Shown: piece after piece, positions 27,620 to 38,028 of the stretch
Layout: every line of letters begins with the position of its first letter
Numbering within the stretch: position 1 is the first letter of the stretch
Assembly (NCBI GenBank): GCA_040755995.1
Contig: JBFMAF010000022.1
Location: 1 to 51,430 of the forward strand
DNA from: Acidobacteriota bacterium
GTDB lineage: Bacteria; Acidobacteriota; CAIWXX01
Direction: 5' to 3'
Length of the DNA: 51,430 nt
Notes under the pieces: model-generated
The model's input: the letters and a program-made list of their open reading frames with translations, nothing else
Told to the model about the DNA's origin: nothing
The model's database searches: none
Made by a program: the position numbers and the translations under genes

Positions 27620-29497
27620 ATGATCGCGCGACTGAAGAACATCGAAGACCGTCCGGCGATCGCGCTGCTCGCGGCTGTGTCGCTGTTCATCCTCTGCTGG
27701 CAGGGCACGATTCTCTGGACCAAGCACCTGGACAAAGGCGACCTTGTCGCCAGCGACGGGAAGTTCTACTACGTCTATCTTCCGTCGATCCTTTTCGATC
27801 ACGATCTGGACTTCGAGAACGACTACGAGCTGATTGGGGCGCGCCGCTTCGAGGGAGAGACGGCGCTCACGCGTGAAGGCTACGTCACGAACCTGTTCAG
27901 CGTCGGCCCGGCGATTCTCTGGTCGCCGTTTTTTTTGCTGGCGCATGCAGTGACGAAGGTGGGGAACGTCTTCGGCGCCGGCTGGCCGGCCGACGGCTAT
28001 GGCCATCAGTACATGGCGTTCGTGGTATTGGGCAATTGCCTCTACGGGTGTGCGGGGCTATTCCTGCTGTACCTCACGCTTCGCCGTCGCTTCGAGATGT
28101 TCGTGTCAGCGTCGAGCGCGCTGGTGGCTGCTCTCGGGACAACGATGATTTTCTATTTCGGCGACCGGGCGTTTTTTCCGAGCGCTGCGCAGTTCTTCGC
28201 AATATCGTTCCTTCTGTATGGCAGCCTGTTCCGCGATTCGCGTGAGGTGCTCGGATCGCCCGTCAGGCTGGGAATCGCGTTGGGGCTGGTGGTGCTGGTC
28301 AAGGCCACCGACGTCGTCTTCGGCATCGTGCCGTTGGCGGCGAGCCTTCCTCATGTCTTGGAGTCGATCCGGCGGCGCGAATGGCGCTTCGTGCGGCAAG
28401 CAATGGTTGTGCTGGTGATCGTACTCGCGATCAATGTGCCGAAGATCATCGTCAAGCAGACGCTCCACCCCTGGGGCGACCCTCGCCTGCGCACCGGTTT
28501 CCTTCATCCGCTGCAGCCGTTCGTGATGGAGCAGCTCTTTTCGACCCGAAGGGGCCTTCTCACCTGGTCGCCGGTGCTGTGGATCGCTGCCGCGGGTTTG
28601 CTGCCTCTTGCTCGCAGGAACCGGCGGGAGCTGCTTGTCGTGCTGCTGGTAATGGCGGCGGTGCTCTATGTGAACGGTGTGTCGGGCGACTGGTGGGGAG
28701 GGCGTTCGCCGGGAAGCCGGCGGCTGACCAGTCTGCTGCCTCTGCTCGCCTATCCGTTGGCATGCGCCATCGGCTGGATGACGCGCTGCGGCAGGGTTCC
28801 GGTGTGCCTTCTGCTGATGCTGTTCGGCGTCGACAACTACCTGATGTATCGCGTCTTCGTCGAGGACCCCGTGTTTCGGCGGACGACAGTCTCGTTCGTG
28901 GACGTGTGCACGAGGAAGGCGCGCGTTCTGATAGATGCAGTTGGCTACCCGGCGAGTTTCCCGGCGACGCTCTGGATTGCGCACCGCTACGGGATCAGCA
29001 CGACTCAGGCCGAGCTTGTTTGGGGATGGTATCTCGACACGGATATAGATGCGCTGGATTTCGGCGAGGATGCGAGGTTCTACCTAGGGAGGGGCTGGGC
29101 GGAACGCGCCGGGGAGGAGAACGGCGTCACATACAGGCGCACTGTGGGCCCGTCCGCAACGATCCTGGTCGGAAGATTGGGATCGAGGGTTGCGATGGCG
29201 TCGATCGACAGGGTTGTGATCAGGGGCCGCATGGAAGGGGTCAGGGAGGCTGCGCCGGCGGTCACGTTGAACGGGGTGGTGCTAGTGCCGGAGTCCCCGT
29301 TGACCTGGGCGCAGGATTGGCGGGAGACGGCATTCCATATCGATCCTGCACTGTGGAAAGCCGGCATTAACGAGATCGGGCTCGAGATTTCGAGCAAGGG
29401 CCGACGGCAGATGTTCAGCGTTGATCGCGTGCGCTTCCCGAAGGCGGGAGCGCCTGAAGGGGGAAATCCACCGTCGCCTGCGGACTCGGCCGACTAG
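27620..29497 (+). CDS. polytopic membrane protein, GT-C-like glycosyltransferase candidate
   Basis: SDGKFYYVYLPSILFDHDLDFENDY, GPAILWSPF, GLLTWSP, WWGG..PG.R; soluble C-terminal domain; TATAAT upstream. Confidence 0.7.
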   Translation: MIARLKNIEDRPAIALLAAVSLFILCWQGTILWTKHLDKGDLVASDGKFYYVYLPSILFDHDLDFENDYELIGARRFEGETALTREGYVTNLFSVGPAILWSPFFLLAHAVTKVGNVFGAGWPADGYGHQYMAFVVLGNCLYGCAGLFLLYLTLRRRFEMFVSASSALVAALGTTMIFYFGDRAFFPSAAQFFAISFLLYGSLFRDSREVLGSPVRLGIALGLVVLVKATDVVFGIVPLAASLPHVLESIRRREWRFVRQAMVVLVIVLAINVPKIIVKQTLHPWGDPRLRTGFLHPLQPFVMEQLFSTRRGLLTWSPVLWIAAAGLLPLARRNRRELLVVLLVMAAVLYVNGVSGDWWGGRSPGSRRLTSLLPLLAYPLACAIGWMTRCGRVPVCLLLMLFGVDNYLMYRVFVEDPVFRRTTVSFVDVCTRKARVLIDAVGYPASFPATLWIAHRYGISTTQAELVWGWYLDTDIDALDFGEDARFYLGRGWAERAGEENGVTYRRTVGPSATILVGRLGSRVAMASIDRVVIRGRMEGVREAAPAVTLNGVVLVPESPLTWAQDWRETAFHIDPALWKAGINEIGLEISSKGRRQMFSVDRVRFPKAGAPEGGNPPSPADSAD

Positions 29498-29502
29498 CCG
29501 GG

Positions 29503-30093
29503 TCAGGCCGCCGCCACGGGCGGGCCGATTTGCGCCCGGCGGCGGTGGTACTGCCAGAAGCGTACGCAGACCGTGATGGCGGTGCCTGCCGCGGCCAGCA
29601 CGACGACGGTCCAGACGCGGTGGTGGCGGTGCAGCTCGCCGTAAAACGCCTCCAGCATGCGCCCGATGAAGTGGCCGAAGAGGAGCCAGACGAAGCACCA
29701 GGCCGCGGCTGCGAGGCACTCGCGCTCGAAGAAACGGCGCCACGCGAGCTGCCTGGTTCCGAGATAGAAGATGAAGGGCAGGCGCGTGCCGTAGATGAAT
29801 CGGATGGCGACGAACGCCAGCCAGTTCTCGCCAAGGCGCGCCTTCCATGACTGCGGGTCGACCGATTCCGGGTGAATGTGCCGGACCACGCGCAACCGGC
29901 CCGAGAAGCGTCCCGCGAAGTACATGGCGTGGTCCACCGACAGGGTGCCCAGGACGGCCACGACGAACAATGACCAGAATCCAAAAAGCCCCTGGTGGAG
30001 CAAGAAGCCGGCGATCACGAGCACCGTCTCGCCCTCGATCCACATCCCGGCGTAGAGGGCTATCAACCCGTAGTGACGTATGAATTCGTCCAT
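29503..30093 (-). CDS. DedA-family membrane protein
   Basis: HYGLIAL...IEGETVLVIAGF, RFIYGTR. Confidence 0.88.
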   Translation of the reverse strand: MDEFIRHYGLIALYAGMWIEGETVLVIAGFLLHQGLFGFWSLFVVAVLGTLSVDHAMYFAGRFSGRLRVVRHIHPESVDPQSWKARLGENWLAFVAIRFIYGTRLPFIFYLGTRQLAWRRFFERECLAAAAWCFVWLLFGHFIGRMLEAFYGELHRHHRVWTVVVLAAAGTAITVCVRFWQYHRRRAQIGPPVAAA

Positions 30094-30190
30094 GTCCGCG
30101 ATCAGCTGCTGGCTTCGCCCAGGCCGGCGCTTGTGCGCCCCAGCCCACCGCGAGCCTCTTATAGAATACTCCATATATAATCGATCGGTC

Positions 30191-30526
30191 ATGAAGAATC
30201 GCAAGAAGCCGGCGCGGAGTAGGAAGAGCACGTGGGAGGCGGTCTACGAAATCGCGAGACAGATCCCGCCGGGGCGAGTGATGACATACGGGCAGATCTC
30301 GCGGCTGCTGGACGGGCGGATTTCGCCGCGGTATGTTGGATTCGCCATGCACGCCTGCCCGGAAGATGTTCCCTGGCAGCGCGTGGTCAACGCGTCGGGA
30401 GGCTGCTCCACCGATCGCCTCGGCGGCGGCGAGAAAGGCCTGCAGCGGTTCCTGCTCGAGATGGAGGGCGTAGAATTCCGGCCGAGCGGCTCGATGCGTC
30501 TGGAGAAGTATCGATGGGAGCCGTAG
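30191..30526 (+). CDS. alkyltransferase-like (ATL/YbaZ-like) MGMT-family protein
   Basis: IPPGRVMTYGQI, RYVG, PWQRVVN (Trp replaces the catalytic Cys), LLEMEGV. Confidence 0.9.
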   Translation: MKNRKKPARSRKSTWEAVYEIARQIPPGRVMTYGQISRLLDGRISPRYVGFAMHACPEDVPWQRVVNASGGCSTDRLGGGEKGLQRFLLEMEGVEFRPSGSMRLEKYRWEP

Positions 30527-30598
30527 CGGCGGACGGGGACCAGTTGGAACCAGCAGACTACCATCGAGCGACCGCCGCCCGCCAGGCGGCCACGAGCG

Positions 30599-31372
30599 CT
30601 AGAGCCGCGAGGCGCCGCTCAGCGCGCTATCCCAGTTCGCGATGCGGCCATCCAGCAGCACGGCCACGGGAGAAACCGCGGCGAGGTCCTGCGCGCCCTG
30701 GGTCATGCTCTCGCCTGCGACGAGCGGCACGGCCCGCAGCGACCCCTTTCGCAGAAGCTCAGCCCTCCTTAACGCACGTTCAACATCGGTGCGGTCAATG
30801 ACCGATGACACCTCCACGGCGATGTGCACGGGACCCGCGTCGGGGTCGTCGCGCAGCCGCCCAGTGGCGATCACATCGAGCCGCGTGATCTCCAGGAACT
30901 CGTCCCGCGAGAGATGTCCTTCGACCTCGTCTTCGATGTCCTGGACGGACAAGACCCGGAGCCGGCGGATGACGGGCGCGAGATATGCCTGCGCCCTGTC
31001 TCTGAAGAGCATCTCCAGCGTACGGCCATCCACCGCGGCGAGCTTGTCGGTCATGCGGTCCATCCGTTCCTCGGTCCGCGCCTGCGCCGCTGCAAGCTCG
31101 TCCATGCAGGCCGCAAGCTGGTCCATGCGGACTGCAAGGTCGGCCACGGTGGCTTCCAGTCGGCCCATCCGCTCCTCAGTCCGCGCCTGCGCTGCTGCCA
31201 GCTCGGCCATCCAATGCTCGGTCCTCTTCTGAGCCTCGACGAGCTCTGCGACAAGCCGCGGCAGCGCGCGGAAGTCCTCCGAGAGCAGCATGTGCCGGAG
31301 CTCGACCTGCCACTCGGGATGCAAGGCGAGGAGGCGCACCAGATCGTGGTAGTCGCTCACTGTGAATGGCAT
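30599..31372 (-). CDS. coiled-coil heptad-repeat protein with C-terminal PD-(D/E)XK-like domain
   Basis: Duplicated ELAAAQARTEERM; LDVIATG...AVEVS..IDRTDVERA. Confidence 0.75.
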   Translation of the reverse strand: MPFTVSDYHDLVRLLALHPEWQVELRHMLLSEDFRALPRLVAELVEAQKRTEHWMAELAAAQARTEERMGRLEATVADLAVRMDQLAACMDELAAAQARTEERMDRMTDKLAAVDGRTLEMLFRDRAQAYLAPVIRRLRVLSVQDIEDEVEGHLSRDEFLEITRLDVIATGRLRDDPDAGPVHIAVEVSSVIDRTDVERALRRAELLRKGSLRAVPLVAGESMTQGAQDLAAVSPVAVLLDGRIANWDSALSGASRL

Positions 31373-31501
31373 CGTCTGATCACCTCAGGGCTCAGTACAT
31401 TATAGCACAGGGCGGCGACGGCATCCGCGATCGTCGGCGGGCAGTGGGCAGGTGGGCAAGTGGGCAACGACGGCGGACCGGACGGCGATCACACCGCGGG
31501 A

Positions 31502-32473
31502 TCAGCTATCGGTGCTGCGCTGTCCTTCGATCACCTCGCGGATCACATAGATCTGCTTGTCGATCGACTCGTGATAGGTACGCGCCTGGATCTCGGCAAG
31601 CAGGCCGGAAGTGATGAACTGCACGCCCATGAAGATTAGCAGCACGGCGAGCAGCAGCAACGGGCGGTTGCCGATGGCTTCGTCGCAGATGAGCTTGAGA
31701 TAGCTCAGGTAGGCGCCGAGCAGCACGCCGACGCTGGAGGTGGCCAGGCCGATCGTGCCGAAAATGTGGATCGGTCGCCCGAGGTAGCTAAGGAAGTACT
31801 TCACAGTGATCAGGTCCAACACGACGCGCAGCGTCCGGCCGAGCCCGTACTTGGATCTCCCTGACGTGCGCTTCCGGTGATTCACCTTGACCTCGGCCAC
31901 GTTTACGCCCATCCAGCTCGCCACTGCCGGTATGAACCGGTGCATCTCGCCGTAGAGCCGGATGTTCTTGACCACTTCGCTGCGAAAAGCTTTCAGCGTG
32001 CACCCGTAGTCGTGCAGCTTGACCTTGGTCGTTAGCGAGATGAGCGCATTGGCCATGATAGACGGAACCCTGCGCCGCAAAAAGGGGTCCTTGCGCCGAT
32101 ACCTCCAGCCGCTCACGATGTCGTAGCCCTCGCCGAGCTTCTCGATCAGCTTCGGAATATCAGAAGGGTCATTCTGCAAATCCGCGTCCATTGTGATCAC
32201 GATCTGGCCGCGCGCGTGGTTGAAGCCCGCCGACAGGGCCGCCGTCTGCCCGAAATTCCGCCGGAGCACGATGACCCTCACGTGCGGGTCTCCCGCGCAG
32301 ATTGCGCGAAGCTTCTCCTGCGTCCCGTCAAGGCTGCCGTCGTCGATGTAGAGGATTTCATGAGTGTAGCCCAGCCCCGATAGCGCGCTGCTGATCTCGG
32401 TGTGGAGCGGCTCGACATTGGATTCCTCGTTATACACGGGGATCACGACTGACAGATACGGAGTCTCAGTCAC
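31502..32473 (-). CDS. GT2 polyprenol-phosphate glycosyltransferase (ArnC/GtrB-like)
   Basis: SVVIPVYNE, IDDGS, RNFGQTAA, DADLQNDP, HRFIP; two C-terminal TMs. Confidence 0.93.
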   Translation of the reverse strand: MTETPYLSVVIPVYNEESNVEPLHTEISSALSGLGYTHEILYIDDGSLDGTQEKLRAICAGDPHVRVIVLRRNFGQTAALSAGFNHARGQIVITMDADLQNDPSDIPKLIEKLGEGYDIVSGWRYRRKDPFLRRRVPSIMANALISLTTKVKLHDYGCTLKAFRSEVVKNIRLYGEMHRFIPAVASWMGVNVAEVKVNHRKRTSGRSKYGLGRTLRVVLDLITVKYFLSYLGRPIHIFGTIGLATSSVGVLLGAYLSYLKLICDEAIGNRPLLLLAVLLIFMGVQFITSGLLAEIQARTYHESIDKQIYVIREVIEGQRSTDS

Positions 32474-32607
32474 CTTGACCTCGGCACTTCCGCTTTCTAG
32501 AATTCATCACTTATGCACGAGATGGACACTATAGCACAGCGCAGATCGTCCGACCAAAGGCGCCGGGGGATGCTTCATACTTCAGTCCGGCATCGAGGAG
32601 CCGAGGC

Positions 32608-34371
32608 GTGAGCGTGGAGGCCGCGCAGAACGGGTTTCTGGCAGGCGCGCGGAGCCTGAGCCGCCTGCTGCCGTATTTCCGCCCGTATCGCGCCAACATT
32701 GTCTGGGGAGTGCTGGCTACGCTCGGGACGGTCGGCGTGAGCCTCTGCGGCCCGCAACTCCTGCGGTTCGCAATCGACGACTTGAAGTCAGCCATCACAC
32801 CGCGCAAGCTCGCCTTCTACGCCGCGCTGGTGCTCGCAATCGCCGCCATAGAAGGCATCCTGCGGTTCCTCATGCGGCGCATCCTGATCGGCGTGAGCCG
32901 CGACGTGGAATACGACCTGCGCAACTCCCTGTTCCAGAAGCTCCTCCGCCTGCCCCGCCGCTTCTACGACGCCCACCCGACCGGAGACATAATGAATCGC
33001 TGCTCCAGCGACGTGAACTCCGTCCGTTTGCTCCTCGGTCCCGGCGTCATGTACTCGATCAACACCGTGGCGATGTTTGCTCTCGCCCTGGCCATCATGT
33101 TTCGGATCGATGTGCGGCTGACGCTGCTGGCGCTGGCCCCGTTGCCGATTTCTACAATTGTCGTATATTTCTTCGCGAGGCGGATACATAGCCACTATCT
33201 GCGCGTCCAGGAGTATTTCTCCGAGGTCTCGGTATTCCTGCAAGAGACATTCTCCGGCATCCGCCTGCTGCGCGCCTACGACTGCGGCGATTCGCGCCAG
33301 GCGCAATTCGACCGGATGATGGGCCGGTACGTCGACATGAACCGCGGCCTCATCACCACGTGGGGGATGTTCTACCCGATCATGGGGGCCCTCGGGGGCC
33401 TGGGGGGCGTAGTAGTCCTCCTCTACGGCGGCTCCGAGGTGATCGCGGGCCGGATCACCCTCGGGTCATTCGTGGCGTTCTCCATCTATCTCATGATGCT
33501 CGTGTGGCCGATGTCCTCCGCCGGTTGGGTGCTGAACCTTATCCAGCGAGGCGCCGTGAGCCAGCAGCGTCTCAACCATATCTTCGACGCTCCCGAGCTG
33601 GACCAGTCGCCGGCCGGGCCGGCGGGCGGAGCCGTCGAGGTCGAGCTCCGGAGGCTCTCGTTCGCCTATCCCGGAGAGAGAAGCGACGCGTTGCGATCGG
33701 TCTCGTTTCGGATCCCCGCCGGGTCGACTGTCGGCATAATCGGCAAGGTGGGCTGCGGCAAGTCGACCCTGGCCGCGCTCCTGGCCCGCGTCTACGATCC
33801 GCCCGACGGAACGGTGATGGTCGGAGGCCGGGACGTCAACATGATCCCGTTGCGCGAGCTCCGGCAGATCGTCTCCCTCGTCCCGCAGGACCCATTCCTG
33901 TTCTCAGAGACGATCGCGCAGAACATCCGGATGGGCAGCGAGAGCGCCGACCTCCCGTCGCTCCTTTCGACCGCCGGGATGGACGCGGACATACGGCTTT
34001 TCCCGCAAGGCGCCGAGACCGTGGTGGGAGAACGCGGGATCATGCTGTCGGGCGGGCAGAAGCAGCGCGTCACGATAGCTCGCGCGCTTGCTCGACAGGC
34101 TCCGATCATCGTCTTCGACGACGCCTTGAGCAGCGTGGATGTGGAGACCGAGGAAGAGATCATGAAGAAGATCTCGGAACTCCCCGGGCGCCACACGCTC
34201 ATCATCATCAGCCATCGCATCTCGTCGATCCGCCGCGCGGATGCGATTGTCGTCATGCGCGACGGAGAGATCGCCGAGATGGGGTCGCACGAGGAGCTGA
34301 TGGCCGCCGAAGGATTGTATGCATCCATGGTCCAGCGCGAGGAGATCGAGGCCGAGCTGGCCACGATGTGA
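32608..34371 (+). CDS. ABC exporter half-transporter (MdlA/YheI-like)
   Basis: TM domain; GKVGCGKS, LSGGQKQR, degenerate Walker B VFDDALS, SHR. Confidence 0.93.
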   Translation: MSVEAAQNGFLAGARSLSRLLPYFRPYRANIVWGVLATLGTVGVSLCGPQLLRFAIDDLKSAITPRKLAFYAALVLAIAAIEGILRFLMRRILIGVSRDVEYDLRNSLFQKLLRLPRRFYDAHPTGDIMNRCSSDVNSVRLLLGPGVMYSINTVAMFALALAIMFRIDVRLTLLALAPLPISTIVVYFFARRIHSHYLRVQEYFSEVSVFLQETFSGIRLLRAYDCGDSRQAQFDRMMGRYVDMNRGLITTWGMFYPIMGALGGLGGVVVLLYGGSEVIAGRITLGSFVAFSIYLMMLVWPMSSAGWVLNLIQRGAVSQQRLNHIFDAPELDQSPAGPAGGAVEVELRRLSFAYPGERSDALRSVSFRIPAGSTVGIIGKVGCGKSTLAALLARVYDPPDGTVMVGGRDVNMIPLRELRQIVSLVPQDPFLFSETIAQNIRMGSESADLPSLLSTAGMDADIRLFPQGAETVVGERGIMLSGGQKQRVTIARALARQAPIIVFDDALSSVDVETEEEIMKKISELPGRHTLIIISHRISSIRRADAIVVMRDGEIAEMGSHEELMAAEGLYASMVQREEIEAELATM

Positions 34372-34417
34372 AAGTGATGAGACGTTCCATGTGGTGGCAC
34401 CCCGGCCTGGAGGGGCA

Positions 34418-34582
34418 GAAACGGAGAAACGGAGAAACGGGGAAACGGAGATTCGCAGACTGGGAGACGGCAGCGACAAAGTGCACCGAGCGGCTGTGCA
34501 TCGAGCGCGTAGCACCGAGCACTGACGACCGGGAACCAGGAACCGTGAACCAGGAACCGGGAGCCGGGAACCGGGAACCGGG
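34418..34582. repeat. intergenic octamer (GAAACGGA)n and heptamer (ACCGGGA)n arrays
   Basis: 34418-34450 and 34528-34582, between the two ABC genes. Confidence 0.75.
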
Positions 34583-34591
34583 GCTGGGATC

Positions 34592-36397
34592 GTGATACAT
34601 CTGGACGGCGGATCGCTGGAAGACGACGTCAAGGGGAAGATCTACGATCATCGCCTGATGAGGCGGCTGGTGCCGTTTCTGCGACCGCACACGCTGCGCC
34701 TCTCGGCGGCCCTCGTGCTGATCCTCGGCGAATCGGCGCTCACGCTGGCTTTTCCGTACCTCACGATGGTGGCGATCGACCGCTACATCCCGACCGGCGA
34801 TCGCGTCGGGCTGCTGCTCCTCGCCGCCGCTCTTCTCGGCGTCATCATTGCTCAGGTGCTCACGCAGTTCTGCGAGACATGGATCCTCCAGACAACGGGG
34901 CAGCTCATCATGCAGGATCTCCGCAAGCGCCTGTTCGGGCATTTTTCGCGGATGCCGGTGAGCTATTACGACCGCAACCCCGTCGGCAAGATCATGACCC
35001 GCCTGACTTCCGACGTCGATGCGCTGAACGAGCTGTTCACCTCGGGGCTGATCTCGATCGTGGGCGACATCTGCACGCTGCTCGGAATCGTCGGAATGCT
35101 GCTCTACCTGAACTGGCGCCTGGCGCTCGTGGTCTTTGCCGTTGTGCCGCTTGTCTTCGTGGCCACGGAGATGTTCCGGCGAAGGGTCCGGATCTCCTTC
35201 CGGATGATCCGGGCCGCCGTCAGCAGGATGAACGGATTCTTGCAGGAGTACCTGACTGGGATGCCGGTGGTGCAGCTGTTTGGGCAGGAGAACCGGTCGG
35301 CTGCGAAGTTCACCGGCATCAACCGCCAGCATCTGGACGCCTTCCAGCAGACGGTGTTCTACTTCGCCGTGTTCTATCCCGTGATCGAGGTGATCGGCGC
35401 GCTGGCCACGGCTCTGATCCTCCTCCACGGCGGCTTCCAGGTCATGGCCGGCATGCTGACCCTCGGGCAGATGGTCGCATTCCTCCAGTACGGCCGCCGC
35501 TTCTTCGAACCGATCTCCGACATGAGCGAGAAATTCAACATCTTCCAGTCCGCGATGGCGGCGGCCGAACGGGTCTTTGCCGTGCTGGACGTGGAAGAAG
35601 AGCGACGGGGGCCGCCGTCGGCACTATGGTCGGCACCGCCGGCGCCAAAGAGCGCGCCCGCGATCGAATTCCGGCAGGTGAGCTTCTCTTATGACGGCGA
35701 GAAGCCCGTCCTGGAAGACATCTCGTTCAAGGTCAACCGGCGCGAGAGGGTCGCAATCGTCGGACCGACCGGGTCGGGAAAGACCACCATCATCAATCTC
35801 CTCCTCAGACTCTACCGGCCGGCTTCAGGCGAGATCCTCCTGGACGGCCTGAATGTTGAAGAGTACCCGGAGTCCGAGATAAGGAGGCGCATAGGGCTTG
35901 TGGCTCAGGACATATTTCTGTTCTCGACGAGTATCAGCGAGAACATCACCCTCGGCCATCCGGAGATAGGGCAGGATCGCGTCGAGGAAGCCTGCCGACA
36001 GACGTACGTGCACGATTTCATTTCGAAGGAGCTGGCGCTCGGCTATGCGCACAAGGTGGCCGAGCGCGGCGCGGACCTGTCTCAGGGCCAGCGCCAGCTA
36101 CTGTCGTTCGCGCGCGCACTCGCATACGCCCGGCCGCTGCTGGTGCTCGACGAAGCCACCTCGTCGGTGGACATTCACACCGAGCGGCTCATCCAGAGCG
36201 GCATGGAGCGTCTGCTGCACGGGCGGACGGCCCTGATCATCGCCCACAGGCTCTCGACTATCGAGAGCGCCGACCGGATCATCGTTCTCCACAAGGGCCG
36301 GATTCGAGAGGAGGGGCGCGAGGAGGAGTTGCTTGCCAGGCGCGGGCTGTACTACAAGTTCCACCGTCTGCAGTCGGTGGCGACGGCCGCGCGGTAG
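34592..36397 (+). CDS. ABC exporter half-transporter (MdlB/YheH-like)
   Basis: GPTGSGKT, degenerate signature LSQGQRQ, LDEATS, AHRLST. Confidence 0.93.
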   Translation: MIHLDGGSLEDDVKGKIYDHRLMRRLVPFLRPHTLRLSAALVLILGESALTLAFPYLTMVAIDRYIPTGDRVGLLLLAAALLGVIIAQVLTQFCETWILQTTGQLIMQDLRKRLFGHFSRMPVSYYDRNPVGKIMTRLTSDVDALNELFTSGLISIVGDICTLLGIVGMLLYLNWRLALVVFAVVPLVFVATEMFRRRVRISFRMIRAAVSRMNGFLQEYLTGMPVVQLFGQENRSAAKFTGINRQHLDAFQQTVFYFAVFYPVIEVIGALATALILLHGGFQVMAGMLTLGQMVAFLQYGRRFFEPISDMSEKFNIFQSAMAAAERVFAVLDVEEERRGPPSALWSAPPAPKSAPAIEFRQVSFSYDGEKPVLEDISFKVNRRERVAIVGPTGSGKTTIINLLLRLYRPASGEILLDGLNVEEYPESEIRRRIGLVAQDIFLFSTSISENITLGHPEIGQDRVEEACRQTYVHDFISKELALGYAHKVAERGADLSQGQRQLLSFARALAYARPLLVLDEATSSVDIHTERLIQSGMERLLHGRTALIIAHRLSTIESADRIIVLHKGRIREEGREEELLARRGLYYKFHRLQSVATAAR

Positions 36398-36401
36398 CAC
36401 T

Positions 36402-37400
36402 ATGTGGATTCGTCGCGCATCACATATCGTCGCTGTCGCCATCCTCCTCTGCTACCTGGCCATGCCTGCGACCCTCTCGGCTCAGGCTGAGACCCAGAGC
36501 TCACTCGCAGAGCCGACCGACCGCGGCCCGCTCCTCAACATCAACGAGTACCCACTTGAGTCCATCTTCTTGTCCTGGCCGCTGCTCGATCCCGAGCCTG
36601 TGCCACGCGGCCGGCACGAATTCACCGTCGGCCTCGTTTCCTCGAATTTCTTCCGCCACGACGTAGGGACGGAAGGCGAGGTGTACCTCGACGGCGAATC
36701 TCTGCGCCTGAACCTTGGCGCGCGATACGGCCTCGCTGATCGGTGGGACGCAGAGCTGCAGATCTCGCTGATCCGGTACGGAGGTGGTGTGCTGGACGGC
36801 CCCATCCGTAGCTTCGAGCGCTTCTTCGGCTTCCCGCATCGCGGCCCCCAGAGCGGCGTCAACAACCAGTTCCGCTACTCCATCACGCGCGACGGCGACG
36901 CCGTGATCGACCGTGGAGGAGCCTACGGCGGGCTTGGCGATACGCGAATCCTGCTGAGGCGCTCGCTCGGCGAAGCAGCGCGTTTCTCGTACGGCGCCGT
37001 CGCTGCGGTCAAGCTTCCGACGGGACAGAAGGGACTGGGGAGCGGCGGTGTGGACGCCGGCCTGGGGGTCTTGGGGAAGTATGTTGAAGGAAGATGGCGT
37101 TTCCGCGGCGAGGTCGACGCGATCCTGATGTCGGATTTCGAAGAGATACCCGCGCGGAACCGCATGGAGCTCAAGCTTGGATTGGAGTATGTGCGCGGTC
37201 GGCTCTCACTGTACCTTCAGACGGATTTCAAGGGCAGCGCGATCACGTGGGGCAAGCGCCAGCTCGACAAGGCACCGGGGCAGGCCACCGTAGGGGTGAA
37301 GTTCGCCAAACCGGCGAATGTGATGCATCAGATCTTCATGATCGAAGACCTGACACGCACTTCGCCCGACATCACATACGGATACGCGGTGGAGTGGTAG
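36402..37400 (+). CDS. exported beta-barrel-like protein (DUF3187-like)
   Basis: Signal peptide; LDGESLRL, GGGVLDGPI..F..FFGFP, GLGD, KLPTG...LGSG..D, EDL...SPD; terminal Trp. Confidence 0.7.
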   Translation: MWIRRASHIVAVAILLCYLAMPATLSAQAETQSSLAEPTDRGPLLNINEYPLESIFLSWPLLDPEPVPRGRHEFTVGLVSSNFFRHDVGTEGEVYLDGESLRLNLGARYGLADRWDAELQISLIRYGGGVLDGPIRSFERFFGFPHRGPQSGVNNQFRYSITRDGDAVIDRGGAYGGLGDTRILLRRSLGEAARFSYGAVAAVKLPTGQKGLGSGGVDAGLGVLGKYVEGRWRFRGEVDAILMSDFEEIPARNRMELKLGLEYVRGRLSLYLQTDFKGSAITWGKRQLDKAPGQATVGVKFAKPANVMHQIFMIEDLTRTSPDITYGYAVEW

Positions 37401-37415
37401 AAGGCGCCGGGCGCC

Positions 37416-37733
37416 TCAGTGTTTAAGCTGCAGCACGAAGTGAGGGGCATCGTCTACGGCGCGCATTCTGGCCGGGCTTAGCTGGCTGACGAACGCACGA
37501 AGGCAGGCTTTGTCGATCGTCGCAAGAACATCGAGATTGACGACACAAGCCTTCTGGAGGCCGTCCTGTGGCCCGAGCGGTACCTCCGCTGGGATGCCAC
37601 GGACGCGCGTGGTGACTGGCGCCACGATCACGAGGTTGCGCAGCGAATAGGCTTCATCCCGCGAAAGCAACAGAACAGGGCGGCGGCCCGCCGGCGGCGG
37701 CATCTCCGCCCACCACACCTCCCCGCGCTTCAC
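37416..37733 (-). CDS. mazF: MazF/PemK-family toxin
   Basis: KRGEVWWA...RRPVLLLSRD...VIVAPVTT; GTG start overlaps the antitoxin stop. Confidence 0.9.
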   Translation of the reverse strand: MKRGEVWWAEMPPPAGRRPVLLLSRDEAYSLRNLVIVAPVTTRVRGIPAEVPLGPQDGLQKACVVNLDVLATIDKACLRAFVSQLSPARMRAVDDAPHFVLQLKH

Positions 37734-37987
37734 TCCCACGGCTCCAGTGACAGCACCGATGCGGCCTGTGCATGCGCCACGGCTGTTTCGTCGCCCGTCT
37801 CCGGCTGCTCCAAGTAGCCCCGCACGTATCGACGGACTCGATACCGTTCCCGCTCCCCGGCGAGAAGTGCCTCCAGGGCCCGCCTGATCAACGCGCTGCG
37901 GCTTTCGCCCTTGCGTCGGCACCGACGCTCCGCGGAGGCCAGAAGGTCTGCCGGTATGCTGACCGCGAGCTTGCACGATCCTGGCAT
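37730..37987 (-). CDS. RHH-type antitoxin (MazE/NdoAI-like)
   Basis: KLAVSIPADLL...SRSALIRRAL...YVRGYLEQPE; AGGAG RBS. Confidence 0.85.
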   Translation of the reverse strand: MPGSCKLAVSIPADLLASAERRCRRKGESRSALIRRALEALLAGERERYRVRRYVRGYLEQPETGDETAVAHAQAASVLSLEPWE

Positions 37988-38006
37988 GATGGTTCTCCTA
38001 CTACTA

Positions 38007-38028
38007 CTGTCATACCTAAGTATGACAG
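38007..38028. promoter_or_regulatory. mazEF operator palindrome
   Basis: CTGTCATAC-CTAA-GTATGACAG overlapping the putative -10. Confidence 0.7.

Noticed and set aside
32608..36397. Degenerate ABC motifs (VFDD, LSQGQ)
   Set aside because: Normal asymmetry of heterodimeric exporters; not novel.
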